Of a stretch of 20,000 nt of DNA, positions 10,650-20,000 are shown one piece after another. The notes under the pieces were generated by a model. The model worked only from the letters and a program-made list of their open reading frames with translations, made no database searches and was not told the DNA's origin. The stretch covers positions 44,150 through 64,149 of the forward strand of contig JAVECL010000064.1 of NCBI GenBank assembly GCA_051942245.1. Direction: 5' to 3'. The position numbers and the translations under genes were made by a program. Source of the DNA: Trypethelium eluteriae. Taxonomy: Eukaryota. Position 1 is the stretch's first letter. The number at the start of each line of letters is the position of its first letter.

Positions 10650-11221
10650 CACTGCTTCCGCACGCAGCCTATATCTAACATAAACTAATTTTTGTAATGT
10701 GTTCCGGTGAATCGGTTACTAGAATTACGCCTTTAGGAAAGCATTTCCTATTCCGGCTCAACTTTACATCCATTGAGTAAGAATCTATTCTTCTTAATTC
10801 TGCTATGTTATCTTTATCTGCGATCGGCAAGTGCAAGCGGGACAAATCTAGGCAGCTCCTGATAGCGCGAGATCGGTTCAGCAACGGCAAGGCCATTGCG
10901 CTTTTAAGCAGCTACAAGTACGCGCGCATCGCGACAAATAGAGCCACAGGTGCTCAATTTTAGGCTGGGCTGACTCTATTGATGTGAAAAAAGTATGGCG
11001 TCAACGACGGTGTGAGGGACAAGGGGAACGAATCGTTTTGTACTAGGCGCTTATTTACATGAGGGATCTTCGCCCTATAGCACTCATTCTCCTACGGTAA
11101 TACTCATTCCCCTAGGGTACTAATCGAGGTGCTGAATGTTCTGGTACGCTATCAGGAGGATTAAGCCCAGTAATCTAACCCGAATCTAGCTAAATTACTC
11201 TTAAATTAACGCCGTTTGGCC

Positions 11222-11833
11222 GGGTCTTTGTAAGGACAACACCGCCGATCTGTAGGGACGATACCAACTAACCTCTTTCGTCCGTAATGAACGCGCCCCT
11301 GTATTTCGCGTTTTATCTAGTATACACTGTAGGCTGTTTAAACAAATACATACCTAGCTACGCGTTTGGTGCGAGACTTACATAGAGATGAAAGCTCTGC
11401 GCAAAGGTGTGAGACTTACACAGAGATTTATGCAGAGGTGTGAGATCTACGTAGGTAAAAAGGTGAGACCTTGCCTTCTACATAGGCCTCATACCTCTGC
11501 GCAGGTTTTGTACCTCTGCGTAGGTCTTACACTTCTGCCAAAGGTACCTACATGTAGACCTCTCTCATCTTTATGTAGGTCTCTGCCTAGGTCTCACGCC
11601 TCTACTTAGGTCTCACGCCTCTGCCCAGGTCTCATACCTCTGTGCAGAGCTTTTATTATTATGTAGGTCTTACACCAAACGTGTAGCTACATGTTTATTT
11701 AGAAAAAAAAAAACTTTGAAGGCCTACGGTGTGTATAAGACAAAACACGAAATTAAGGAAGATTTCCTTACGGACGAAAGGGGTTAGTTGGTGTTGTCCC
11801 TACAGATCGGCGGTGTTGTCCTTACAAAGACCC
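11222..11833. mobile_element. Mutator-like (MULE) non-autonomous element, 612 bp, long TIRs, 9-bp TSD
   Basis: The terminal 38 nt are a perfect inverted repeat (GGGTCTTTGTAAGGACAACACCGCCGATCTGTAGGGAC), and imperfect pairing continues for about 200 nt. A perfect 9-bp TSD CGTTTGGCC lies at 11213-11221 and 11834-11842. No transposase ORF. Confidence 0.92.
11365..11675. repeat. Degenerate ~20-bp tandem subrepeats (AGAGGYRTGAGACCT-like) in the core of the MULE, in opposite orientations in the two halves
   Basis: Right half has TAGGTCTCACGCCTCTAC / TAGGTCTCACGCCTCTGC / CAGGTCTCATACCTCTGT at 11588-11643. Left half has AAAGGTGTGAGACTTAC and AGAGGTGTGAGATCTAC. Confidence 0.8.
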
Positions 11834-12369
11834 CGTTTGGCCGTCTCCGGATCTATTCACCAATGTGCTGTGCCCACTTCGGCTCAAGTCGCCGCTGCTT
11901 TAGCTCGCTCGGACCATCAAAACTAAGACGGCAGCTATTGCGTTTTAATTTAAGTAATGTTAAACTAGCTTTTTGTAGTTCTTATTGAGCATTGCTATTG
12001 AATTAAGAACAAATATTCGCTTCCAACTGAACATGTCGTTTGGTGAGAGTTTGCATCTGCGGGCATATTTGGCGAAACTTAGAATCGGGGCTTCAGACCT
12101 GTCGACTTTGCCTTAAAAAAAAGATGTGAGGATAAACATCGCAATGGTGATAGCTCAAAGCTCGGCTTTCTGTGTTTACGCCTCTGGTCATCCTTGCAAA
12201 CGATCATTCCAAACCTATATGCAAAGGCTTTACGCACCAAGGGTACCCCGGGCTTCGATGGTAGTTGAGCCAATATTGAATACGGAGTTTCAACGTTGTC
12301 AAAACTAACAAACTACATCGCGTCGCTACGCGCTCTAGGTGCACCTTTCGCGAACTTGCGCGGATCTAT

Positions 12370-15271
12370 CTAGCCGCCTAACAGAGGTACAGCCATCAAG
12401 TCTCGTACATGTCTGGTAAGCTTCCGAAGTGTGCTTTCTTCATGCTTCTTCGCGCCACTGTCCATTTTTGATCTCATAATACGAGGGTATACATGGCTCC
12501 AATAACCTTCGTCATAGTCCTCCAGAGCTTTACAGCATGTGTGGCGGTCCTTGTCCCTAAGGTTCGGGTTTCTTGCATCATCCTCCTTTTTTTCTATCGC
12601 TATCTCAAGCATATATCCCTCTTCATGCTCCTCCTCAGTCTCCCATCCCGACTCCTCAACATCTGTATCTTCGGTCTCCCAATCATCGTCTATTTCTAGT
12701 ACTTCCGTGGTAACGCTTCCAGTAGCAACACTGTCATCTGTAGAGACAAAGTTGTTCAGTCGAGATCCAGGGAGAGGAGAATTCTCCTTGGCACATAGTC
12801 CTAGTGCCTTTGTCCATGCGTAGAGCGTTCTTGCATTGTGCTTTCGAGCATGTTGACATAATTCATTTACAACATCTGAGTCCGCCATATAGGTAACCCC
12901 GTGTGTGATTAGTAGTTGGAATACTTTAGTAAGCCAACATTCTATAAGGACCAGTTTCTTGAAACGATGGCGTATCCACGGCTCTCGTTCATGAGAATAG
13001 TACGAATGTTCCGTTAATAACGCGATGACCTCTCCTCCTTGGTGAATGGCGACATTCAGAGCGTCGATGACGGAATGATCAGCTGCCGGCTCCAGATGAA
13101 GTAAATTCAGATTCAAGAATGCTCCAAGGAGATCCAATTTTGAGTCTAGCAGCTTTCTGATAATTTCAGCATCGCTGGTCACCCAAAAGGCCACATAGCT
13201 TCGAACATCCGATTCCCTATCGAGAGGTTCTAACGATCTCACACTACTCAGCTCATTTAGTTGCCATGAAGACCAGACTAGTTGCCATTCATTCTGGGTC
13301 ATGAAGACGTCCAACTGAAGTTTTGTCATTGGTTCAGGCGGAAATCCCCTAACCATTCCCGGAAAGTCGACAACTTCATGACCCCCTTCCGGGCTGATAC
13401 GTACATAGGCATCAGTTGTGGAGAAAGGGTCCGTTTTGGCGGATCTTAGTAGCTTTCGAACAAGAAAATTGCCGTGCTCTTCCAGGGAAGCATTCACTGG
13501 TACTTCCAAACATGTCTCGGACCAGTACTGGGCAGAGAGGTAAACGGAATTACTGATGAGTAAATTAGCGGGCATTGAGATTGTATGAAGGTACGCATCT
13601 AAGTTGCACCTTACCTGTCATGCAGGTTCATGCAACCTGAATCAACACCGTAGTCAATCATCATCGCAATGATTGCTTCTACTTCATCAAGTCGCATCTG
13701 AATAGTTTCGTGCTTTCCTTTGTAAATTTGGAACTACTAACATTGTAAGAATAAGCTGTTAGGACTAGGAAGTCCGCGTACCTGTAATCCAACAGCGATA
13801 AAGCCAAGGAGATTCCGCCCAGTGGAATCAACATCATAAGGAGATGCGCTCCTCTCCTCAAACAGTCTGCGGATAGTGCCAAAATCATGAGTTAAACAAG
13901 CTGTAATAATCTCACTTTTTTCGTCAATAACATTGACTGGGCTCAGGGTCCAGCGTGGAATGCCTTGGCTACAAGTAAAACTTGAGAGCACTGATTTGTG
14001 ACGTTCGAGGACGACACCCCCAAATCTCAGCCATTGGGCAGGTAGGACCATGACGGTGTTCTGAGTGACTTGTTTTGACTCTGAATAGCCTTCTGTGAGG
14101 TTACGAACATATGCTGTAGTTGTGGTCCGAATAGATATAGTGCCAAGAATATCATTTCGAATCAGAATCCGCTGACTCTCGGTCGAAGACTTTTTGATCC
14201 AGTTGTTGACAAGCTTCTCAGGTCGAGACTGGAAATGTAGTTTATCTTCGTCTCCTAAGTAAGAGTATTGGAGCTCTGGGATTCTTGCTGTAACCCCAGT
14301 GGCTTAATTTTGTACAATCTTGCTATCACCGGGATATGGTCGTATTTTGTCTGCGCTCGGCTGTCCGAAATGTTCTGAGAGGTGGTGTTTCAGACTCTTA
14401 GAAATCGTGCGGTGTATTTCTTCCTTGAAAGATGCGAATTCGCTCCACTGAAGTGCTGTCGTTTCGTTTACCAAACTTTGCTGGGTTGCCTCTAACCTTG
14501 CGTTTATTTCCCGAAGCTGCTCTGTGTTCCGGTTTATCTGTTCGATTTTCGAGTGTGCCTCATTAGTCTTTGAATAAGTCTCATTTGTGATAGTAACAGC
14601 TCGTCCAGCAGTTGAATGCAAGATCGATGAGTTATCTCGTATCTCTGCAACTGTATGCTGTATTGCTTCAATGGATGTCGTGTTGCGTTTATGCTCAGTG
14701 AACAAGTCTCCCGTTTGTTGAACAATAAGTTTCAAATCATTTGTATGAACTTTTTGTTCAGATCTGTCTAATGTCGGACTCTCTGATAACCGCACGAACA
14801 CCTGTGAATGAAGACGAGGCAGACCTGCTATATTTCAAAGAACTCTGAACATACCGTATAAGATTGCTACAAACCTGAAGAAGCATTGACTGGGAGCGTT
14901 TCAACTCTTCATGATATTTATTTAAGTTAGAACGCTTCAACACCACTTTAAATTGACCCCACACCCTTCGTTTCCGTGTCGCATACTGTTTGGGGTCGAC
15001 CTTTTTCACAAAGTCTAAGAGCTTTTTGCACGAGTCTTTGGCAATGCCGAAGAGGCTCCTCAAGGTCTGAATTATGATCAAGGCATGATCTCTGAATCTC
15101 CACAAGAATTGATTCGAGAATACGAAGCTCATTGTCTAAAGCCTGCACTGATTTCGGCGCGCCTCTTATATCTTTGATAAAGTCGTAAAGAAAGGATGCG
15201 CTTTGTGCCAGTTGGCCCGCAAAACCTGCGACAGAAAGGGCGCCACTTACAACACCGAGTATCTCAGCCAT
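12370..15271 (-). pseudogene. Disrupted gene of about 900 codons: fungal N-terminal HeLo-like/STAND-associated domain, coiled coil, ankyrin-like repeat and acidic C-terminus. Exons 15271-14855, ~14763-13782, 13733-13615, 13552-12370.
   Basis: N-terminus MAEILGVVSGALSVAGFAGQLAQSASFLYDFIKDIRGAPKSVQALDNELRILESIL, and ankyrin-like IITACLTHDFGTIRRLFEERSASPYDVDSTGRNLL. Intron donors are GTATGT, GTACGC and GTAAGG. There is a +1 frameshift near 15040 and an in-frame TAA at 14304-14306. The first intron acceptor is ambiguous (14764, or 14802 with an alternative donor). Confidence 0.8.
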
Positions 15272-15972
15272 AATCTGCAAACAATAAACGTAGAAGCGAG
15301 ACAGCGGAAGGAAAAAATTCAGCAGATGTGGGACACTGAAGACGAGCAACACAGCCCCTTATATGCGCCATCCTCAAGGCTGAGACAGAAGTCTGCCTTG
15401 TGAGCACGCATTGACAAGGGCGCACTGGCATTGGAAATGGCTGGGCAGTAGGCACACACCGCACCCCACCCCGGGCCCCAGGGCCTCCAGTGATGCGTCC
15501 GATTTGGTTCGATACGATCCGGCCGAATCAGATCGAACCGTCCAATGGATTCCGATTCGCTCGCTTAAACCTCATAGATCCACAGTTCCACACCACCCCC
15601 ACCTCTAGAATTATCAATAAGATATCATCTTAATTTTATAAAAAGGTGAGGCTCATGTAGAGATGAGAGGTCTATGTAGAGATACTCGATTCCTCTTCGC
15701 AGCTCTTTGATCTCTCTCTCCGCCCTCGATGTCTCGCAGCTCTCGCTTGACATCTATTGCCATTTAATGACCTTCATTCGGCAGCAAGCAGCACTCGGCT
15801 CATCGACGGGTTTATGATGCAGACCTCGCGAATTACGATGAGGCGACTGTGGAATTGGAAGGAGAATGCGAAGCAGATGTAGCAGCGTTGACAGGATTGC
15901 GGTACCGGTCTCATTTATGTATTAGCTCTAGCTACCCGAATAATATATGGTCTGATTTTTGACATTCCCTCT

Positions 15973-17034
15973 TCAGCTCCTTTCGAACCGACATTTCACC
16001 GTCCCACAACCAACTGTGGCTATATCTTGTGCAAATCCCGTTCTTGAGACTGCCCGCTGCCATTCGAGGCTGTACGGGCTCCTGCACTCACCCAAATCAA
16101 TCCAGCGTGTAATTATAATGGACCATACCGGTATCTCTTCGGGATTTGTAGACGTTTCATACTCAAGTCGCACCTGGTATTCCATTCCACATTGATGACA
16201 TTGTTGTAGGGGATAGCATACTGGATATAAATAGCCAACGTCTGTATTGAGCCGGCTTACCGCATGATTACAGAGTGTGTAGAGTTCTTCGGCATAGTGA
16301 TGGCAGACTGGGATTATCATCGTCCATCTGGGAGGTCGAAACTGCTTCTTAGAAAAGAGCCGCCATGCAGCTTCTGCACGTATAAGGAGACGACCGTCGA
16401 CGAATGCGCCGTCCACAGCATGCTGCCAATGCCAGTCATTTAAAGGAAACGTGTCCCGTGGGAGGAGTTCATCCAACGGCTTGCCAAATCTTTTGCCATA
16501 TCTGTGCGCTCGCATTGCAAGCTGAACGTCTTTAAATGTAAGATTGACTCCATGGTAAAGTGATAGAGTAGCATGTGATTCAAAGCGACAGCTCTCCCAT
16601 CCTTGATGGAAAGCTGCACATACAAAGCAGAACCTATGGTCAGGAAGTTTGGTATCATATTGAGATAATAAAAGCAAGCATTTTTGTTCTTGATTCTCAG
16701 GCAAATTGAGCACCGTCAGATATTCGATCCCAATATTGTTGAGGAAGAAACGGCAGGTGAGAGCAAGGGACGCCTTTTCCCATAGTTCTAGATAGTCGAG
16801 ACTCATTAACTGTAATTCCCAAGGCAAAGAACTGAAGAGCCGGATAAATGTGGACTGTCGCTTGTTCGTAAGCTTACGGCAGATCCAGGATATATGTTGA
16901 TGGAGTCGTTTCAACCGATGGCCAGGGCCTGAGAGCGAGGCTCTCGGAGTGCATAGAAGACGCTTTTTGGGGAGTTCCATTTGACGTCCCGTACCAATAC
17001 TAGTGATGCGATCCGGTGATTGACTGTTGCCCAT
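15973..17034 (-). CDS. Fungal F-box domain protein, 353 aa
   Basis: F-box-like LFSSLPWELQLMSLDYLELWEKASLALTCRFF, Cys/His clusters HRFCFVCAAFH, VCHH and CHQCGMEY, and C-terminal ITRWIDLGECRSP..EW. The likely start is MGNSQS at 17034, with an alternative in-frame ATG at 17061. Confidence 0.85.
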   Translation of the reverse strand: MGNSQSPDRITSIGTGRQMELPKKRLLCTPRASLSGPGHRLKRLHQHISWICRKLTNKRQSTFIRLFSSLPWELQLMSLDYLELWEKASLALTCRFFLNNIGIEYLTVLNLPENQEQKCLLLLSQYDTKLPDHRFCFVCAAFHQGWESCRFESHATLSLYHGVNLTFKDVQLAMRAHRYGKRFGKPLDELLPRDTFPLNDWHWQHAVDGAFVDGRLLIRAEAAWRLFSKKQFRPPRWTMIIPVCHHYAEELYTLCNHAVSRLNTDVGYLYPVCYPLQQCHQCGMEYQVRLEYETSTNPEEIPVWSIIITRWIDLGECRSPYSLEWQRAVSRTGFAQDIATVGCGTVKCRFERS

Positions 17035-18039
17035 CGATATAGGATAGTATGAGCAGAGCATCGGCGGCTACAAAAGTGTCAAGACTCAAGAGTGTCAAGA
17101 GTCAGAATTTAAATAATATAGTAATGACATTAAACACTTGACAACTTCGGATACTAGCTCATATTGAGGTGAATCAAGAGTGGTAGCGAGATTGCGAACC
17201 TCTCAAACATTGAGGATGATAATGAGATCGTTAGTGGGTAAAGGCATTGGACGGAATGCCTATAAAGTATGTTGTGACTCATTACAAATGTGAAAAACTT
17301 AACAGAGGATAAACACGCAAGAATGATATTGACTCCCCAGGCAGAACATGAAGATGGTGAGGTTGGCGTTGATAGCGGCTTTAAGATCGTGGACGACGAG
17401 AGAGATTAGCAGGGTGATGATGATCTAAATTGATGATTCCCTACGTGAGAAGATTGTGGACGACCAGAATTACCGGCTTTATCCATGAGTCAGAAAAAAC
17501 ACCGTCGATAGCGCAAGAGGCTTGCATTATAAGTGGCAGGGGGCCTTACAGAGCACAAGGTGTGTAAATGCACATATGTCCAATTCATGATGTTCGTTGT
17601 CTGAAAAGGAAGCTATCTGAACTTGAAGGTAAAGATAGGTGGAGAGTGTCACGTACATCCCGACTTATGACTCCAAGGCAGTTCCTCCATTTGTAATAAA
17701 CAGATGTGCTAGAGTTGTTGAAGGCCTAAAGCGCAGGGGGGCGAAGATTAAGCACCATGGGGAGCCGCAGTAGCGTGGATGAGTGAAGCACAGGTCGCGA
17801 AAGGTGAGATTATCGCAGGAGGAATAGAGGTCTGAGGCAGTCTCGCGTGTGCTTCGCGACATTCTATTGTATAGAAGAGAGCTGGTCTTGGTCGCATTCT
17901 CTGCGGTGATGAAGACCTACCCAGCTTTTGGTGTCCTTCTGTCGCACTTAGGTAAAATTTGAAACAAGTGCCCCAGAGGTTTTCCACACTTCTCCACAAC
18001 CGCTACGAACCCCCTTTTCGTCTGCCACACCTCATCTTC

Positions 18040-18510
18040 CTATCCCACAGCCCTCACAGCTACTATCCTCTCCCCTCCCAAATCCAAGCCCGCGATATAG
18101 AACTCCACCTTCCCGACCCCAGCCTTCACCTTATACACCTTGACCTGCCCACTGTCCACTTCTCCGCGCACCATCTCTACCACCTCCGCGAACTTATTTC
18201 CCTCTATATCTAACCCGACCTCCTCCGCCCGCGCCGGTCCCGGCGGTCGTACTTTGGCATGCAGGAGGTCTTCAAATGCGTTTGCGCTGGGGAGAGATGA
18301 TATGTTCTGCGAGGAAGAAGTGCGGCTGCCGAGGTCGAGGGGCAAAATGAACGGGTCGTAACCGGAGGGAAGGGAGGAGAGAGAGGTGGGGATTTGCGAG
18401 GTGGAAGACGTGCGGAGGTTGGGAGTTTGAGGGGAAGTGGGTTGTGGGTTAAGAGGCTCCCTGCCGGTTGAAGCCTCGGCGGCGTCGAGGGTTGGATTCC
18501 CGCTTGCCAT
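18040..18510 (-). CDS. Small uncharacterised protein resembling fungal NuiA (nuclease A inhibitor)-like proteins, 156 aa
   Basis: Intronless ORF with gene-like codon bias. The C-terminal pattern FAEVVEMVR..VKVYKV..GKVEFYIAGLD..RIVAVRA, plus IPTSL, DPF and LPS..F, recalls that family. Assignment is from motif memory only. Confidence 0.65.
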   Translation of the reverse strand: MASGNPTLDAAEASTGREPLNPQPTSPQTPNLRTSSTSQIPTSLSSLPSGYDPFILPLDLGSRTSSSQNISSLPSANAFEDLLHAKVRPPGPARAEEVGLDIEGNKFAEVVEMVRGEVDSGQVKVYKVKAGVGKVEFYIAGLDLGGERIVAVRAVG

Positions 18511-19299
18511 CGTGGAGGTGGTGACGAAGAACTGCTTTGCAAGAAGCTGGCATAGATGGACTTTGTAGTCCTGATTATGTTTGGAAGATTATGCTAAGAA
18601 AGGGAAAGGACCTGGTGGGAGAGTCTTATACGAATGAGTAGTGACAATAGTAGATGTCATAGAGTAACACGATGACATGACGTAGGTCCAAAAGAAAAAG
18701 TGCACCAGTGTAGTGGGCGGTACCTGCAGTTGCCATGCTCTCCTTTGATCTCATGTTCTCGTTTCCTCGAGTCTTGAGGAAGGCGCTTCCCCATACATGT
18801 AACAAGACGTGCATCAAAGGCACGCACTTTTGTATTTGTGTCAAAATTTCGATGCAGTCACCCATCGGTGCCAAGCGTGATGCGGTCAATCTCCGCAAAC
18901 GATAAAGACTGCGTAATTTTCAGCACATTTGCCACCGCAGTTGTATAGTATTTAAAAAACTGCATTATTAGTAACATTTGTTAAAAACAGGTATCTTTTG
19001 AAATAGACAGATTCTACTTCCTATCGTACCTCGGACTTGATCTGAAAAGTTGTTGGAAACCATATACAAAGATAGACACTATAATTTGACGCATTGGCAG
19101 CGCATAATGTAAACCCCAAAATCTAGATAATAAGACGATTGGTACGTATATCAGCGCACGTAAGCATAGCCAACCATGGAATAAATTATGCATATCCAAA
19201 CTAGTCTGAATTGGATTTGGATAGAATGAATAATTGCGTAATTATCCGTAGTTGTGTCTAATCCCCTGTTAGTTTGGAAATTAGTTTCCGCACTAAAAA

Positions 19300-19868
19300 A
19301 TTCTTCCATCTGACCTTTATATTATACCAAAATAGAGTTAAATTCTAAAGCTTTTTATATTACACCTTCTTCCAGAATTACTGCTGTATAACCTAAGAAA
19401 AAGACTTTAGATATTTATTAATATATGTGTTAGCTATGTGAGAATAAGCTTTAATTTAAGAGAGGATAGCCACTTCTTTATTATAATTATAATAAAGAAT
19501 AATGTAAGTATTATACAGAAATAATTATAAATTTTTATAGCTATTTATAAGTAAAGCATAATATTATTAATAATACTTATATTTTATAAGCAAAATAGGC
19601 TGCGTATACCTAACTTGCTTAATTATATAAAGAAGTAATAAAGGATGTGTATAAAGTTAACAAGCTTAAGAGTTAAGTTTTTAAATAACTTTTAAATAAA
19701 AAGCTTATTAAGAAAGTATTATTTAAACTTTTTATTATATAAAACCTTCTTTTTAGCCTTGCTAAATAACTAAAGTTTTACATAATAATAGCTTTATTTA
19801 ATTTAGTAAGAGGTTTATTCCTTCCTTTAAGTAATAAAATCCTTACTTCTGCAATATAAAAGTATTTA
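19300..19868. repeat. AT-rich, TpA-enriched relic consistent with a RIP-mutated transposable element
   Basis: Abrupt drop in GC, abundant TA/TAA/TTA and scarce CA/TG, and no ORF in the track. The original element is not identifiable. Confidence 0.7.
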
Positions 19869-20000
19869 ATCCGACGGCAACGGGCCCCCGCTTCCTGGCG
19901 GTTGCCCCAACGGGCAATCCGCCGCTGTTCTGATTGGCCCTCCGCTCCGTCCGATCGTTCTTCCGTGCCGGGCCGCCCGCCCCTCGCGGTATAAGAAGGG
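19869..20000 (+). promoter_or_regulatory. GC-rich promoter- or LTR-like segment cut by the window edge
   Basis: Contains a reverse CCAAT box (CTGATTGG, ~19930-19937), a GC-box-like CCGCCCGCCCC, TATAAGA at 19990-19996, and a hairpin at 19897-19923. Confidence 0.4.

Noticed and set aside
11081..11120. Two-copy 20-bp tandem repeat (16/20)
   Set aside because: Only two degenerate units with no associated structure.
11365..11675. Regularly repeated units as a CRISPR-like array
   Set aside because: Eukaryotic context, no unique spacers, and mirror orientation inside MULE TIRs.
11188..11970. Possible outer inverted repeat (ATTAC..TTAAATTAA..CGC) around the MULE
   Set aside because: Short, AT-rich and gapped, and it does not extend outward.
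11388..11988. Short ORFs within and next to the MULE
   Set aside because: Products of repeat sequence with no transposase similarity.
15050..15125. A cryptic GTATTC...TTCAG intron that might repair the HeLo-like frameshift
   Set aside because: It is 57 nt (in frame), so it does not correct the shift, and it would delete conserved-looking helix residues.
17074..17105. AGTGTCAAGA micro-duplication upstream of the F-box gene
   Set aside because: Too short to interpret, probably replication slippage.

Overview
Genomic DNA from a filamentous ascomycete, judged by short spliceosomal introns with GTRNGT donors, CTAAC/CTGAT branch points and YAG acceptors. From the left end: the C-terminal part of a PDR-type ABC transporter (+, two introns), an intact five-exon nitronate monooxygenase (+, one GC-AG intron) and a decayed alpha/beta-hydrolase (-). 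The remaining ~13 kb looks like an accessory, TE-littered region. It holds a hairpin TA-MITE nested in an older Mutator-like element, a second intact Mutator-like non-autonomous element with a perfect 9-bp TSD, and a small hAT-like relic. It also holds two convergent secreted-protein genes, one with a CNF1/CheD-like deamidase motif whose Cys-His dyad is replaced. Further right are a ~900-codon HeLo-like/ankyrin gene broken by a frameshift and a nonsense codon, an F-box gene with an N-myristoylation motif, a NuiA-like small gene, and an AT-rich RIP-like relic ending abruptly at a GC-rich promoter/LTR-like segment. I cannot demonstrate a new biological system. The best leads are the secreted pseudo-deamidase and the related Mutator-like MITEs. 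Family assignments come from motif recognition only; no searches were run.
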